In this document: positions 8,790-18,472 of the stretch, piece after piece
Position numbering within the stretch: the first letter of the stretch is position 1
How the letters are laid out: the number at the start of each line of letters is the position of its first letter
Source: an uncultured Trueperaceae bacterium
GTDB lineage: Bacteria > Deinococcota > Deinococci > Deinococcales > Trueperaceae
NCBI GenBank assembly: GCA_963799485.1
Contig: CAWCXJ010000004.1
Coordinates: forward strand, 1-64,000
DNA length: 64,000 nt
Direction of reading: 5' to 3'
Program-made: the position numbers and the translations under genes
Notes under the pieces: model-generated
The model's input: only the letters and a program-made list of their open reading frames with translations
Databases searched by the model: none
What the model was told of the DNA's origin: nothing

Positions 8790-9833
8790 TTAACCCAGCC
8801 AGCCTTTTTGAGCGGCCTCGAGCGCATAGTAGCTGACGACTAAAGCCGCCCCGGCCCGTTTGATCGCCGTAAAACTCTCGTGTACCGCCGCCGCTTCGTC
8901 GAGCGCGCCCACAGCTGCCGCCGCTTTAAGCGCGGCGTATTCGCCCGAAACATGATAGGCCACCAACGGCAGGTTACTCAGCTGACGCATCTGGTACAAG
9001 ATATCGAGATACGCCAGAGCCGGTTTGACCATCAGCATGTCGGCACCCTCGGCTTCGTCCAGGGCGACCTCGAGCCGCGCCTCACGCGGGTTGCGAAAGT
9101 CCATCTGATAGGTTTTGCGGTCATTGGGTGGCCTCTCAGTGTCGTCTTCGTCGGCGCTGCCTTTGGGCACCGAACCCGCCGCGTCGCGGAAGGGGCCGTA
9201 AAACGCCGAGGCGTATTTTACGGTGTAGGCCAAAATACCGGTGTTTTGAAACCCCGCCCGGTCGAGTGCGGCGCGCAGATAGCCGACGCGCCCGTCCATC
9301 ATGTCCGAAGGGGACACCATGTCGGCCCCGGCTTCGGCGTGCAGCAGCGCCATCGCTGCCAAAGCCGAAAGGCTGGGGTCGTTGTCGATTACGACGCCGC
9401 GCGCGGTTTTGTGCAGCAGCCCGCAGTGCCCGTGGTCGGTATACCCGCAGAGGCACACATCGGTCATCAACACGATGTCGTTGCCAAAAGCGCGGCGAGC
9501 GGCGCGTAAAGCCTGGGCGACGGGGCCGCTAGGGTCGTGTGCCTGTACGCCGTTTGCGTCTTTGAGTTCAGCCGGAACGACGCCGAAGAGCATCGCGGCC
9601 CGGACCCCAAGCTTGAGGCCGTGCTCCAAGTCGCGCAAAAGCAAATCCGGACTCAGCCGCGCCACCCCCGGCAGTGAATTGACGGGTTCGCTGACATTTG
9701 TCCCGGAAACCACAAAGTAGGGCATAATCAGGTCTTCAGGGCGCACGTGGGTCTGCGCTACGAGGTCGCGGAGCGCAGCCGTGGTGCGGAGCCGCCGGGG
9801 GCGCTGAATAAGGGATGCTCTGTCCTGAATCAT
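8790..9833 (-). CDS. hemB: Porphobilinogen synthase (Zn-type)
   Basis: RPRRLR, DVCLCGYTDHGHCG, SDMMDGRV, KYASAFYGPFRDA, MVKPA. Confidence 0.97.
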   Translation of the reverse strand: MIQDRASLIQRPRRLRTTAALRDLVAQTHVRPEDLIMPYFVVSGTNVSEPVNSLPGVARLSPDLLLRDLEHGLKLGVRAAMLFGVVPAELKDANGVQAHDPSGPVAQALRAARRAFGNDIVLMTDVCLCGYTDHGHCGLLHKTARGVVIDNDPSLSALAAMALLHAEAGADMVSPSDMMDGRVGYLRAALDRAGFQNTGILAYTVKYASAFYGPFRDAAGSVPKGSADEDDTERPPNDRKTYQMDFRNPREARLEVALDEAEGADMLMVKPALAYLDILYQMRQLSNLPLVAYHVSGEYAALKAAAAVGALDEAAAVHESFTAIKRAGAALVVSYYALEAAQKGWLG

Positions 9834-10525
9834 AGTTCTCCTAGGGGTGCTGGTGACGCAGCCGCAAGCACGGCCTGAACGACACCCTCGGCGTCAGGTG
9901 TCCGGGCTTTGTAAGCGTGCCAGCCGCGTTCCCGAACCGCTTGACAGGTACTCGGCCCGAGTGCGACCAGTTGCGCTCGTCCCAATGTTTCAGGAAGTGC
10001 AGCAACCGCCGAAGGGCTCGCCAATACCACGAGGTCAGCGTCTAGCTGAGTCACAGGTTGCGCGGTGGTGCGGTATAGAACGGCTTTTTCAACCGTAAAA
10101 CCCGCGCCGCTCAGTCCTGCTGAGAGTGTCGGCAAAGCCTGTTCACCGCAAGGGAGCCCGACGCGGCCCGGCGGCGAGACGCGGGCTAGAAACAGCTGCA
10201 AAAAACCTTCGGCGTGTGCCGGTTCAGCGACGAGTGAAACGGTGCCACCCGCGCTTCCCAGCTCTTCGGCGGTCTTTTGCCCGACTGCGCCGATCTTGCA
10301 AGTATCGAAAGAAAGCCCCAAAGTTGTCCACGCTTTTACGGCGGTGCGGCTGGTAAACAAGAGCCAGTCTGCGCCGAGTAACCGTTCGGCTGCCAGTTGA
10401 CTCTCTTCAGCGGGCAAAAACTCGGTTTTAACGAGCGGTTCGTGCACTACGTCAAACCCTTGTGCGCCGAGCGCAGCTGCCAAACCCTCGAGTCGCCCTT
10501 CGCTATGGGTCAACAAAATTTTCAT
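9830..10525 (-). CDS. hemD: Uroporphyrinogen-III synthase
   Basis: LLFTSRTAV, AVGQKTA, ASPSAV, LGPST motifs; between hemC and hemB. Confidence 0.85.
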   Translation of the reverse strand: MKILLTHSEGRLEGLAAALGAQGFDVVHEPLVKTEFLPAEESQLAAERLLGADWLLFTSRTAVKAWTTLGLSFDTCKIGAVGQKTAEELGSAGGTVSLVAEPAHAEGFLQLFLARVSPPGRVGLPCGEQALPTLSAGLSGAGFTVEKAVLYRTTAQPVTQLDADLVVLASPSAVAALPETLGRAQLVALGPSTCQAVRERGWHAYKARTPDAEGVVQAVLAAASPAPLGEL

Positions 10526-11432
10526 TTCGGTGCGGGTTCAGGTCGTCCCAACGCCCCGTAAGCCAGCATCGCTGCACCTTCGGACGACGGGTTTACGACC
10601 GTAACGCGTTTTCCTTCGTACCAGGCCGTAAGGTGAATTTGACCGTCGCGGAGAACCGCGTGCGCGCCGAGGGCAAGTTGGCAGCCGCCCTCCAGCATCG
10701 CCATCAGCCCGCGTTCCGCTGCGACCGCCTGGTACGCTGCCGGGTCGTGCAGGTCGGTCAAGTGTGAGGCCAGGTGGTAATCGGTCTGGCGGACTTCCAG
10801 CGCCAGTGCGCCTTGCGCCGGGGCCGGGACGAACAGTTGGGGGTCTAGAGGGATGACCGCGAGCCCCGTGAGGTCGAGCTGAAGCCTTGAGAGCCCCGCT
10901 GCTGCCAAAATTACCGCGTCGTAAGCACCTTCCCGAAGTTTACGCACCCGCGTCGGAACATTGCCGCGCAGCTCGTGCACGTTCAGGTCGCCGCGCAGGT
11001 GCAAGAGCTGCGCCCGCCGCCGCGCCGCGCTCGTCCCGACAGTCGCCCATTCTTTCAGCGGCAGTTCGGATGCGTCCGGGTCAAACGCTCCGGGCGCACG
11101 AGCAGCACGTCGCGGGGGTCGGCGCGCTCAGACACGGCGGCAAGCTCGAGCCCGGTCATCCGCGCGCTCGGCAGGTCTTTATGCGAGTGCACGGCAACGT
11201 CGGCGTAACCCTCCAGAACGGCGTCTTGCACCGCTTTGGTAAAAAAACCCTGTCCCGGCATCAGCCGAAAAGGGGTGCCGTCCGCCTGCGTGCGGTCGCC
11301 CTGCGTTTCGATAAGGACGAGTTCGGCGGCGTGACCGAGCGCCGCCAACTTCGCCTTGACCCAGTTCGCCTGCCACAGCGCAAGGTCACTTTTACGCGTG
11401 GCGATGCGGACGGGCGCGTTAGTTCGGTTCAT
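10522..11432 (-). pseudogene. hemC: Hydroxymethylbilane synthase with one 1-nt deletion near 11089 (possible sequencing error)
   Basis: IATRKSDLALWQA...AVHSHKDLP...ADPRDVL, then frame change to VGTSAARRRAQL...LRGNVPTR...PAPAQGALA...LEGGC. Confidence 0.9.
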
Positions 11433-12603
11433 AGGGAGCCTGCGTAAAAAGGTTGGTTTCGGCCAAAAACGTCTCTGCTGCTTCAAACCCGTAGGTGCGG
11501 GCGACGGCCCGAAGACCCTGCACCGGCACGCGGGCAAAGCGGTTCGCTAACCGTTCGGCCTCTTCTTGTGAAAGCTCGGGGAGGGTGTCCTGCACGGTTT
11601 GCAAATACTGCTGCCGGAGCTTTTGAATCGACGGGCCGAGTTGCCGCTCTGCCCAGTTCGTAAGCGCCAGCTCGAGCTCGCGTTGCAAAAGTGTTTCGGC
11701 CTCGGCGAGGCGACCTGTCAGCGTTTCGCGGCGGAGCTTGCCCGCGTCTTGCAGTGTGTCGATATCGAGGACGCTCAGACCGGGCAGCCCTACCACGTCG
11801 GTTTCGACGTTGCGCGGGACGCCTAAATCGACGATGAGTTTGAGATCGGGCAAGGTCTGTACAAACGTCCGGTCGACAAGGCCGCGCACCGGCGTCGCGC
11901 AGACAAGCGCGTTTACGGGCGGCGGAACCGCCAAAAAGGCTTCAAGGCTTGAGCTCCCGGCTCCCAAATGCTTGGCGAGCTGCCGCGCCCGCGGCGCGCT
12001 GCGGTTGACGATGATGAGGTCGATATTCTCCTGGCTGGCGAGCGCTTTGGCGGCGAGCGCACCCATCTCGCCGGCACCGAGAACTGCGACGGTGCCGCCA
12101 CGGGGCAGCAAGCGCGCCAACTCGGGTCGTGCAAGACTAAAAAGCGACGTGTCGAGCGGCGCGAGCGCGACCTCCCGGCGTACTTTTTTGGCAATCTTGA
12201 GGGCCGTTTGAAAGGCAAAGTTCGTCGTCGGGCCGACCGTACCGAGGGCCTGCGCCGCAGAAAACGCGCTCCGCACCTGCGCCATAATCTGGTCTTCGCC
12301 GGGATTTAGGGAATCGAGCGAAGTAGCGATGCGGGTGAGCTGCTCCAAAGCGCCGTCGCCGGTATACGCGTAGGGGCGAAAGTCGGGTGCGTGTGCTGCT
12401 AACGTCTGCCGCGCTAAGAGCGCGTCCACCCCTTTAGGCAGCGCCACCACGAGGTCGCAGCGGTTACAGGTGATGATCGGAACCCATTCGGCAAAGCCTG
12501 TTGGTGAGGGGGTTTGAGCCGCGCCGAAAGCGCTTTGCCACGCCTCGAGCGCCGCCGCGCCGCCGCGCCGGTGCGAAACCCCGATAAGTGCAAGTCGTTC
12601 CAC
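11419..12603 (-). CDS. hemA: Glutamyl-tRNA reductase
   Basis: GVSHR, TCNRC catalytic motif, SLDSLNPGEDQIMAQVR, GAGEMG, DLGVPRNV. Confidence 0.92.
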   Translation of the reverse strand: MERLALIGVSHRRGGAAALEAWQSAFGAAQTPSPTGFAEWVPIITCNRCDLVVALPKGVDALLARQTLAAHAPDFRPYAYTGDGALEQLTRIATSLDSLNPGEDQIMAQVRSAFSAAQALGTVGPTTNFAFQTALKIAKKVRREVALAPLDTSLFSLARPELARLLPRGGTVAVLGAGEMGALAAKALASQENIDLIIVNRSAPRARQLAKHLGAGSSSLEAFLAVPPPVNALVCATPVRGLVDRTFVQTLPDLKLIVDLGVPRNVETDVVGLPGLSVLDIDTLQDAGKLRRETLTGRLAEAETLLQRELELALTNWAERQLGPSIQKLRQQYLQTVQDTLPELSQEEAERLANRFARVPVQGLRAVARTYGFEAAETFLAETNLFTQAPYEPN

Positions 12604-12610
12604 ACCACTG

Positions 12611-12653
12611 ATGGTAAGCGCAACCCTTTTAGGTGAGTGTCACGAGAGTGTCA
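12611..12653 (-). promoter_or_regulatory. hemA promoter: -10 TACCAT plus tandem TGACACTC repeats
   Basis: TACCAT 7 nt before GTG; GAGTGTCA at 12635-12642 and 12646-12653 (11-bp period) over the -35 position. Confidence 0.5.
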
Positions 12654-12726
12654 GTCAAGCGAGCAATGAGCAGAAACAACGAGCAATGAGAAAAGTCCTT
12701 CACTCATTGTTTGGCACTTGACTATT

Positions 12727-13026
12727 TTATTCGCTTTCGCCGCGGATGTCGGGCATCATCGTTGCTGCGCCCGAAGGATTGGCGACGGCGTGCCGAACTT
12801 TGGCCCACGCCTCTTTGAGCGCGTGTTCTCCCGGTTCCAAAACCGTTTCGGACACGTCGGCGTAGCGGCCTACTTCGTCGGCCTTGACCGTCAGGATGTC
12901 GTTTAAGACGCGGTGCAGGGCGTTACGAACCTCGAGCCCCTCACGCAGCATGTCTTGCAGCTCAAGCACGCGCGCGACGAGTTCACTGTGGTTCATAGCC
13001 TCGAGGTCTTCTTTGGTACGCTGCAC
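12727..13026 (-). CDS. Hypothetical helical protein
   Basis: 99-aa ORF with SD GAGGGAGG before GTG. Confidence 0.65.
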   Translation of the reverse strand: MQRTKEDLEAMNHSELVARVLELQDMLREGLEVRNALHRVLNDILTVKADEVGRYADVSETVLEPGEHALKEAWAKVRHAVANPSGAATMMPDIRGESE

Positions 13027-13215
13027 GGTGGGCCTCCCTCTAGTAGCCTGACACGCCGCCCCGATTCGCGCAATCCTCTAGCTTTACGCCCTTTGGCTTT
13101 ACTCGGTAGTGCGGTAAGCAGGTCGGCTCAGGGGTCGTAAGCTCCTAACGTCCACATCTGAAAAGCTACCGCAAATATAGACGTCAAGCTGCAACTACTT
13201 GGCAAGTCCAGGCGT

Positions 13216-13401
13216 TCAAAAGAGGTAGATACTTATCAGAATAATGACAACTACAAGAACCAGACCAACCAGCAAAATCGTGTTTTTGCCACTGGGTGTC
13301 GGGCGGTTGTAAACTTCGTCGGAACCGCTTTGTACCGGGACATTGCTCTCTACGCCGGGTTTTGCAACGGGTTCGTCTTGCGTTTGTTCAGGGTCTGCCA
13401 T
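13216..13401 (-). CDS. Small single-pass membrane protein
   Basis: SD GAGGAGG; C-terminal hydrophobic helix. Confidence 0.65.
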   Translation of the reverse strand: MADPEQTQDEPVAKPGVESNVPVQSGSDEVYNRPTPSGKNTILLVGLVLVVVIILISIYLF

Positions 13402-13478
13402 GTTCGCCTCCTCGGCCTATCCTAAAGCCGTGTGCGCCTGTAAAGCTGTTACTCACCTTTCAGTAGTGGGCGCTCTAC

Positions 13479-14141
13479 TCAGCTCGAGCCGGACGACAGC
13501 AGGCTGGTGATGACATTAAGTGAAAGCGCGATAATCACAGTACCGAACAAAAACGAGAGCAGCGAATGACCGGTAACGGCCCGCCTCATCTTGTGACTGG
13601 TAAGGTCGGTGTCCGAGACGCCGAACGTTACCCCGACGGTTACGGCGACGTAAAGAAAATCGCGGTAGTCGGGCATCTCGTTGCTGTGAAAGTCGATTCC
13701 GCCGTCACCTTCGTAATAAAAAAGGCGCGCGTAGTGGAGCGTAAAAAGTGTGTGCGTAAGGCTCCACGAGAGAACGACTGCTAAAATGGCTGTTCCGGTA
13801 AGCGCAACAGCGAGAACCCCCTGCGCCTTGTTCGCTTCGACAAGTGCGGCGATCACACCCGCTAAACTAGCGACGCTCGCACAGAGAAGCAGCACGTCGA
13901 ACACGGCCCAATTGTCGTCTTGCTGTGAACAGTGCCGCCGGGTCGCTTCGGCGTCCGAGGTCATAATCAGCCATAGCGCCAACCCTAAAAAGCAGGCGAC
14001 GCCGCTGTTCCACGCCACCAGGCTGCGTAACTCGAGCGGTAGCGAACGCGGTTGAACAAAAAAAGTGACGACCGTTACTACCAACAATACCAGCAGGCGC
14101 ACACGCGCAGAAATAAGACGTGCGCGCACCTTGCCGAACAT
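13479..14141 (-). CDS. DUF1345 membrane protein
   Basis: HTLFTLHYARLFY, PDYRDFLY...GVTFGVSDT motifs. Confidence 0.85.
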   Translation of the reverse strand: MFGKVRARLISARVRLLVLLVVTVVTFFVQPRSLPLELRSLVAWNSGVACFLGLALWLIMTSDAEATRRHCSQQDDNWAVFDVLLLCASVASLAGVIAALVEANKAQGVLAVALTGTAILAVVLSWSLTHTLFTLHYARLFYYEGDGGIDFHSNEMPDYRDFLYVAVTVGVTFGVSDTDLTSHKMRRAVTGHSLLSFLFGTVIIALSLNVITSLLSSGSS

Positions 14142-14357
14142 GCCGTTATGCTACTCCCAGGCCGTAAAGCCGGGTGCAGTGGACAGTGCATGGACAGCAC
14201 ACTCGAGCCGTACAAAACCCGTTTTTACGTGTACTTCGCAAATTCGCATAATTTAACGACATTGTGCCAGCCATCTTTTTGAAGTGGTTTTACAGCGGTG
14301 CCGCCACGCCACCGGATTAAACACGCTGAAAATGCTTGAAGTTTTTGTAAGACCGGT

Positions 14358-15764
14358 CTAGCGCCAGTGAAACCCGCTCCCGCGCCAGCCGGTACGCACC
14401 GTCCGCAGCACGTCGCGGGTACGCCACGCGCGCGTCTCCTGTACGGGTCGCAAAAAACGCCATGCCTGCAGCCGTAAAATGCCGGAGAGTAAAAAGAGCG
14501 AGTGAAATCCCGTCCAGGTAAAGCCCCAGAAGGTGGGCTCGAGGCCGCTAAAAAGCACCAAGAGCGGCCCCGACACGAGCCCTCCGGCAAACCCCGCCGC
14601 ACCCGTCGCAAAGCTGTACATCGCAACAAAGGCCGTGCGGTTTTCCTTGGGCGCGCTCGCCAGCGCCAGGTTGAAGATAGCAGGGCCGATGGCACCCCAC
14701 GCTACCGCGTCGAACACGGCGCTAAACCAGATCGGCCAGAGGTGCTGTTCACTTGCTGAAATCCAGCTGAGCGGCATCGCGCTCCCGGCGACCGTCGTAC
14801 CGATAGCCAATACGACCTTGTTGCCGTAGCGGTCGGCGACGCGCCCCCACCAGTTCGTCGTAAAAAAAGCCGTAACCGACGCGATAATGCTCCATACGGC
14901 GACCTCGGTAAAACTCATCTTGAGCTGCTCTAGAAAATAGGTAAAAACAAAAGGCGCAGCAACCAAGACCGACGCCTGCCAGTAGACGCCGAAGAGCAAA
15001 AACTTGCGAAAGTTAGCGTCTTGCCACGGCGTCTTAAAGACCTCTTTGAAGTGAGGCCGTTGTTGCGTGACCGGCGGCTCGTTGTGCAACAGGAGAACCA
15101 CAACGCCCAAGAGCGCCGACACGACCCCAACGCCCAAAACGACCTGAAAGTTCAGCGGCGCGCTTACCCGGTCTAGAAACCAGCCGGCGCCTAAATTGGC
15201 AACCATCCCGACGATCCCGAGGGTGCCCGCGCGAAACCCGAAGTAACGTCCTCGCCGCGTTTCCGGGACGACACTGCCGATCCACGACGTCCAGAGCGTC
15301 GCGGTCGAAGCTTGAAAGAGGCTCGAGGCCAGCACCAGCCCGACGATAAACGCAGGTTGCCAGGGGGCCGGAACTCCTAAAAGAGGTAAAAATGCAGCGA
15401 GCAGCCAGAGCGCCCGCCCGAGAAACGCGAAAAGCGCCGTCAACGGTTTGAGCCGCCCGGCGACGCCGCCCAGATACGCGGCAAACGGACTCGCCAGCTG
15501 TGCGAGCATCGGCACGCTCATAATCAGCCCGATATCGGTTTTCGACGCGCCGAGGTGCAACATGTAGCCGATGATGACGCTGCCGGTCGTCCAGTTGAGA
15601 AAAATCTGTACAAGGCTGCCCTCGAGCACCGACAGCTTCAGCGTGCGGCGCACTGCTTTGTCGCTCAGCTCGGTGGGGCGAGACAAAGCAGGCTGCGCCG
15701 TTTTAGGGGGACGGCGAGAAATAGGCACAAGGTCTAGTGTGGGGGGTGGGGGCGGTGGAGCCAT
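14358..15764 (-). CDS. MFS transporter
   Basis: Multi-TM protein; WGRVADRYGNK motif; start placed at MAPPPP. Confidence 0.85.
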   Translation of the reverse strand: MAPPPPPPTLDLVPISRRPPKTAQPALSRPTELSDKAVRRTLKLSVLEGSLVQIFLNWTTGSVIIGYMLHLGASKTDIGLIMSVPMLAQLASPFAAYLGGVAGRLKPLTALFAFLGRALWLLAAFLPLLGVPAPWQPAFIVGLVLASSLFQASTATLWTSWIGSVVPETRRGRYFGFRAGTLGIVGMVANLGAGWFLDRVSAPLNFQVVLGVGVVSALLGVVVLLLHNEPPVTQQRPHFKEVFKTPWQDANFRKFLLFGVYWQASVLVAAPFVFTYFLEQLKMSFTEVAVWSIIASVTAFFTTNWWGRVADRYGNKVVLAIGTTVAGSAMPLSWISASEQHLWPIWFSAVFDAVAWGAIGPAIFNLALASAPKENRTAFVAMYSFATGAAGFAGGLVSGPLLVLFSGLEPTFWGFTWTGFHSLFLLSGILRLQAWRFLRPVQETRAWRTRDVLRTVRTGWRGSGFHWR

Positions 15765-16136
15765 AAGCAGGGGGTAGTGTAACGCCGAAAAAAACATTTG
15801 TACACACAAGAAGTACACAGCTCCGGGTGTGGCAACCTTCACTCGCCAAGAGACAGTTGGTACGACTGCAAAAAGTTGAGCGGGCACTGTGATTACTGAA
15901 TGCGAATCTTACCTTTGTAACTTCACAACGTACCTGCTAGACGCTATTTCGGCACCTAGACCGACTCAAAGCAGGCAGATAGTTTGTGAGATAACGTAAG
16001 CAGCACCTCCGCAGTATCGGTACCTCGGTTATTTTCCAGACAGAAAGCAGAGCGGACGCTTGGAGGGCAAGGTAATCACTGCGTACACCGCTCCGCAAAC
16101 GAGGCGCTCTCAATTTTGGAACTTCGGTGAAAGGGC

Positions 16137-16380
16137 GTGGTGCGCTCCGACTTCGCCCCGATGGGCGACATCCCGACCGGGGTCAAACTGACGAGTTATG
16201 CCAGGGAAGCGAGCGACGTTACGCCGGAGAGCTTACCGACTTTTGTCGATGACGTAGCTGCAGGACGCCAAAAACTTGACCTCGGCAGGACGTTTCAGTT
16301 AGAGGAAATTGCCGAGGCACTGCTATATGGCGAGCAATCAGGCGCGTGGCAAGCCGGTCGTCGTTATAGACGGCGACTTA
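16137..16380 (+). pseudogene. C-terminal remnant of zinc-binding dehydrogenase/quinone oxidoreductase
   Basis: RTFQLEEIAEA then frameshift to HCYMASNQARGKPVVVI; no N-terminal part found. Confidence 0.65.
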
Positions 16381-16441
16381 AGCTCCAACTAAACCTTGTA
16401 CCCCACTTTTGACCGGGTGACGGGCGGGCTATACTTACGCT

Positions 16442-17143
16442 ATGTTTGAAGTCATCCCGGCAGTCGATATTCAGCGCGGTAAAGCAGTCAGGCTTATAGA
16501 GGGCCGTTCGGAAGATGAGACGGTGTACTTCGACGACCCCCTCGAGGCTGCCCGCCTCTGGGCCGACAAGGGAGCGCCGTGGCTTCACCTCGTTGACCTC
16601 GACGCGGCGTTCGGTCACGGCGACAATCAAGACATTATCAGCAAATTGGCGCGGTCGCTCCCCTGCAAGCTCGAGGTCGGTGGCGGCGTCCGTGACGTGG
16701 AGACCGCCGAACGCCTATTGGAAAGTGTTGAACGCGTGATTATCGGCACGGCAGCGATAACTCAACCCGAGCTGTTGGACACGCTCTTATCGCGTTACGA
16801 CGCGCACCGTATCGCCGTTTCGATCGACGCTAGGGACGGCCTCGTCGCAGTACGCGGCTGGACGGAGACGAGCACCGTCGCGGCCCGTGAACTGGCGCGG
16901 CGCGTGTCCGAGCAGGGCGTGACGCACATTATCTATACCGACATCGCCCGCGACGGGACGCTTTTAGGCGTCGATCCGGAGCCCGTAAGTTTGATGCGCG
17001 CCGCGTGTCCACATACGCTCGTCGCCGGCGGCGGCGTTGCCAGTGACCGCGACTTGGAGCTTTACGAAAGCTTGGAGCTAGACGGCGCAGTCGTCGGCAA
17101 AGCGCTTTATGAAGGGCTGGTTTCGTATCCCCGAACTCCCTGA
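16442..17143 (+). CDS. hisA: ProFAR isomerase
   Basis: IPAVDIQRGKAVRL, LHLVDLD, VGGGVR, YTDIARDGTL, VGKALYEG. Confidence 0.95.
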   Translation: MFEVIPAVDIQRGKAVRLIEGRSEDETVYFDDPLEAARLWADKGAPWLHLVDLDAAFGHGDNQDIISKLARSLPCKLEVGGGVRDVETAERLLESVERVIIGTAAITQPELLDTLLSRYDAHRIAVSIDARDGLVAVRGWTETSTVAARELARRVSEQGVTHIIYTDIARDGTLLGVDPEPVSLMRAACPHTLVAGGGVASDRDLELYESLELDGAVVGKALYEGLVSYPRTP

Positions 17144-17978
17144 AGTCGAGACCGTCCGGCGTGAACTGGGGCCGTGGCTCACAGGCCGGACAATTTTAAG
17201 TGCTGAACTTGCCCAAGCGCTGCCGGGGCCGAAATATGTGGGGCTCGAGCGGGCCGCAGGGCAAGAAATTCTGGCGGTCAAACGGCGCGGGAAATTCTTG
17301 CTTTTGCCCCTCTCTGCCGGAGATGATTTGGTCATTCATCTGGGCATGACCGGCATCATCAGCCCGGAGCCTTTTGCGAAACATACGCGGGTGAAGCTCG
17401 AGCTTTCTCCCGGCCCAGACCCAACGCTCTATTTTCAAGATGTACGCCGTTTCGGGCGATTTCTGGTCGTGCCTTCTGGTCAATACGAAACGCTGCCAAC
17501 GCTCTATCAGATGGGGCCTGAACCGCTCGAGTCCGACTTCACCAACTCCGGCTTTTACGGCGCGCTGCAGGCTTCAGCTATGCCCATCAAACCGTATCTC
17601 TTAAGCCAACGTCCGGTTTCAGGTGTCGGCAATATCTACGCAGACGAAGCGCTCTGGCAAGCCCGGATTCACCCGCTCGCACCCGCAAAAACCATCTCTA
17701 AAGCCAAAGCTTACAGGCTTGCCGACGCCATCCGCGAGGTTTTAACCCGAAGCATCGCCTTTAAGGGCACAACCTTGCAGGATTACCGCACCGTAAATGG
17801 TGAGGTCGGCAGTTACGCCGCGCAGCTTCAGGTTTACGGTCGTCCCGAAACCCCTTGCCCGCGTTGCGGCAGACCGATCTCTAAAACGGTCGTCGGGGGG
17901 CGTGGTACGCACTTTTGCCCACACTGTCAGCGGTTGCCACGTCCGGTTCAAACGGCTTCAAACGCTGTAGCCGGGTAA
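17127..17978 (+). CDS. mutM: Formamidopyrimidine-DNA glycosylase, probable ATC start
   Basis: PELPEVETVRR, RRGKFL, HLGMTG, GVGNIYADE, C-terminal CPRC...CPHCQ zinc finger; codon before Pro is ATC. Confidence 0.95.
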   Translation: MPELPEVETVRRELGPWLTGRTILSAELAQALPGPKYVGLERAAGQEILAVKRRGKFLLLPLSAGDDLVIHLGMTGIISPEPFAKHTRVKLELSPGPDPTLYFQDVRRFGRFLVVPSGQYETLPTLYQMGPEPLESDFTNSGFYGALQASAMPIKPYLLSQRPVSGVGNIYADEALWQARIHPLAPAKTISKAKAYRLADAIREVLTRSIAFKGTTLQDYRTVNGEVGSYAAQLQVYGRPETPCPRCGRPISKTVVGGRGTHFCPHCQRLPRPVQTASNAVAG

Positions 17979-17987
17979 GCTGAGCTT

Positions 17988-18401
17988 ATGCATGACGTCC
18001 AGACCCAAACAGCTCAAACCCACCGCACCGACATCCAGGTGCGTTTCAACGATACCGACGCCTTAGGGCATCTAAACAACACCTCGTACGCGCTTTATTC
18101 CGAACAGGGCCGGGTGGAGTTCCTAGGCCAGTTTCGTGATGAGGGCGTCAATTTGATTTTGGCGCACATTTCGCTCGACTTTTTACGGCAGGTACGGTTT
18201 CAGGATACGGTATACGTCTTGACCCGGATTGCCAAGGTAGGCCGAACGAGCGTGACCCTGGCGCAAGAGATTTACGGTAACAATGAAGTTGCCGCGCGTT
18301 CACGTTCGGTTGTGGTGATGTTCGATTACAACACGCAGAAACCTGTACCGATCTCAGACGCGGTGCGGGCCAAGTTGGCGCCTTATCTAGATAAGCAATG
18401 A
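17988..18401 (+). CDS. Acyl-CoA thioesterase (hot-dog fold)
   Basis: VRFNDTDALGHLNN motif. Confidence 0.9.
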   Translation: MHDVQTQTAQTHRTDIQVRFNDTDALGHLNNTSYALYSEQGRVEFLGQFRDEGVNLILAHISLDFLRQVRFQDTVYVLTRIAKVGRTSVTLAQEIYGNNEVAARSRSVVVMFDYNTQKPVPISDAVRAKLAPYLDKQ

Positions 18402-18472
18402 GCGAAAAGCGATGAGCAGCGAGTTGTACAGTCTCAGCTTGTCTTGGCTTGTACAGTCTCGTCGCCTACTGC

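Noticed and set aside
8880..9720. Long antisense ORFs over hemB (similar ones at 30867-31610, 37501-38271, 61149-61916)
   Set aside because: Expected shadow frames in GC-rich coding DNA.
17109..17126. ATG start for mutM giving MKGWFRI-PELPE
   Set aside because: It would block the catalytic N-terminal proline.
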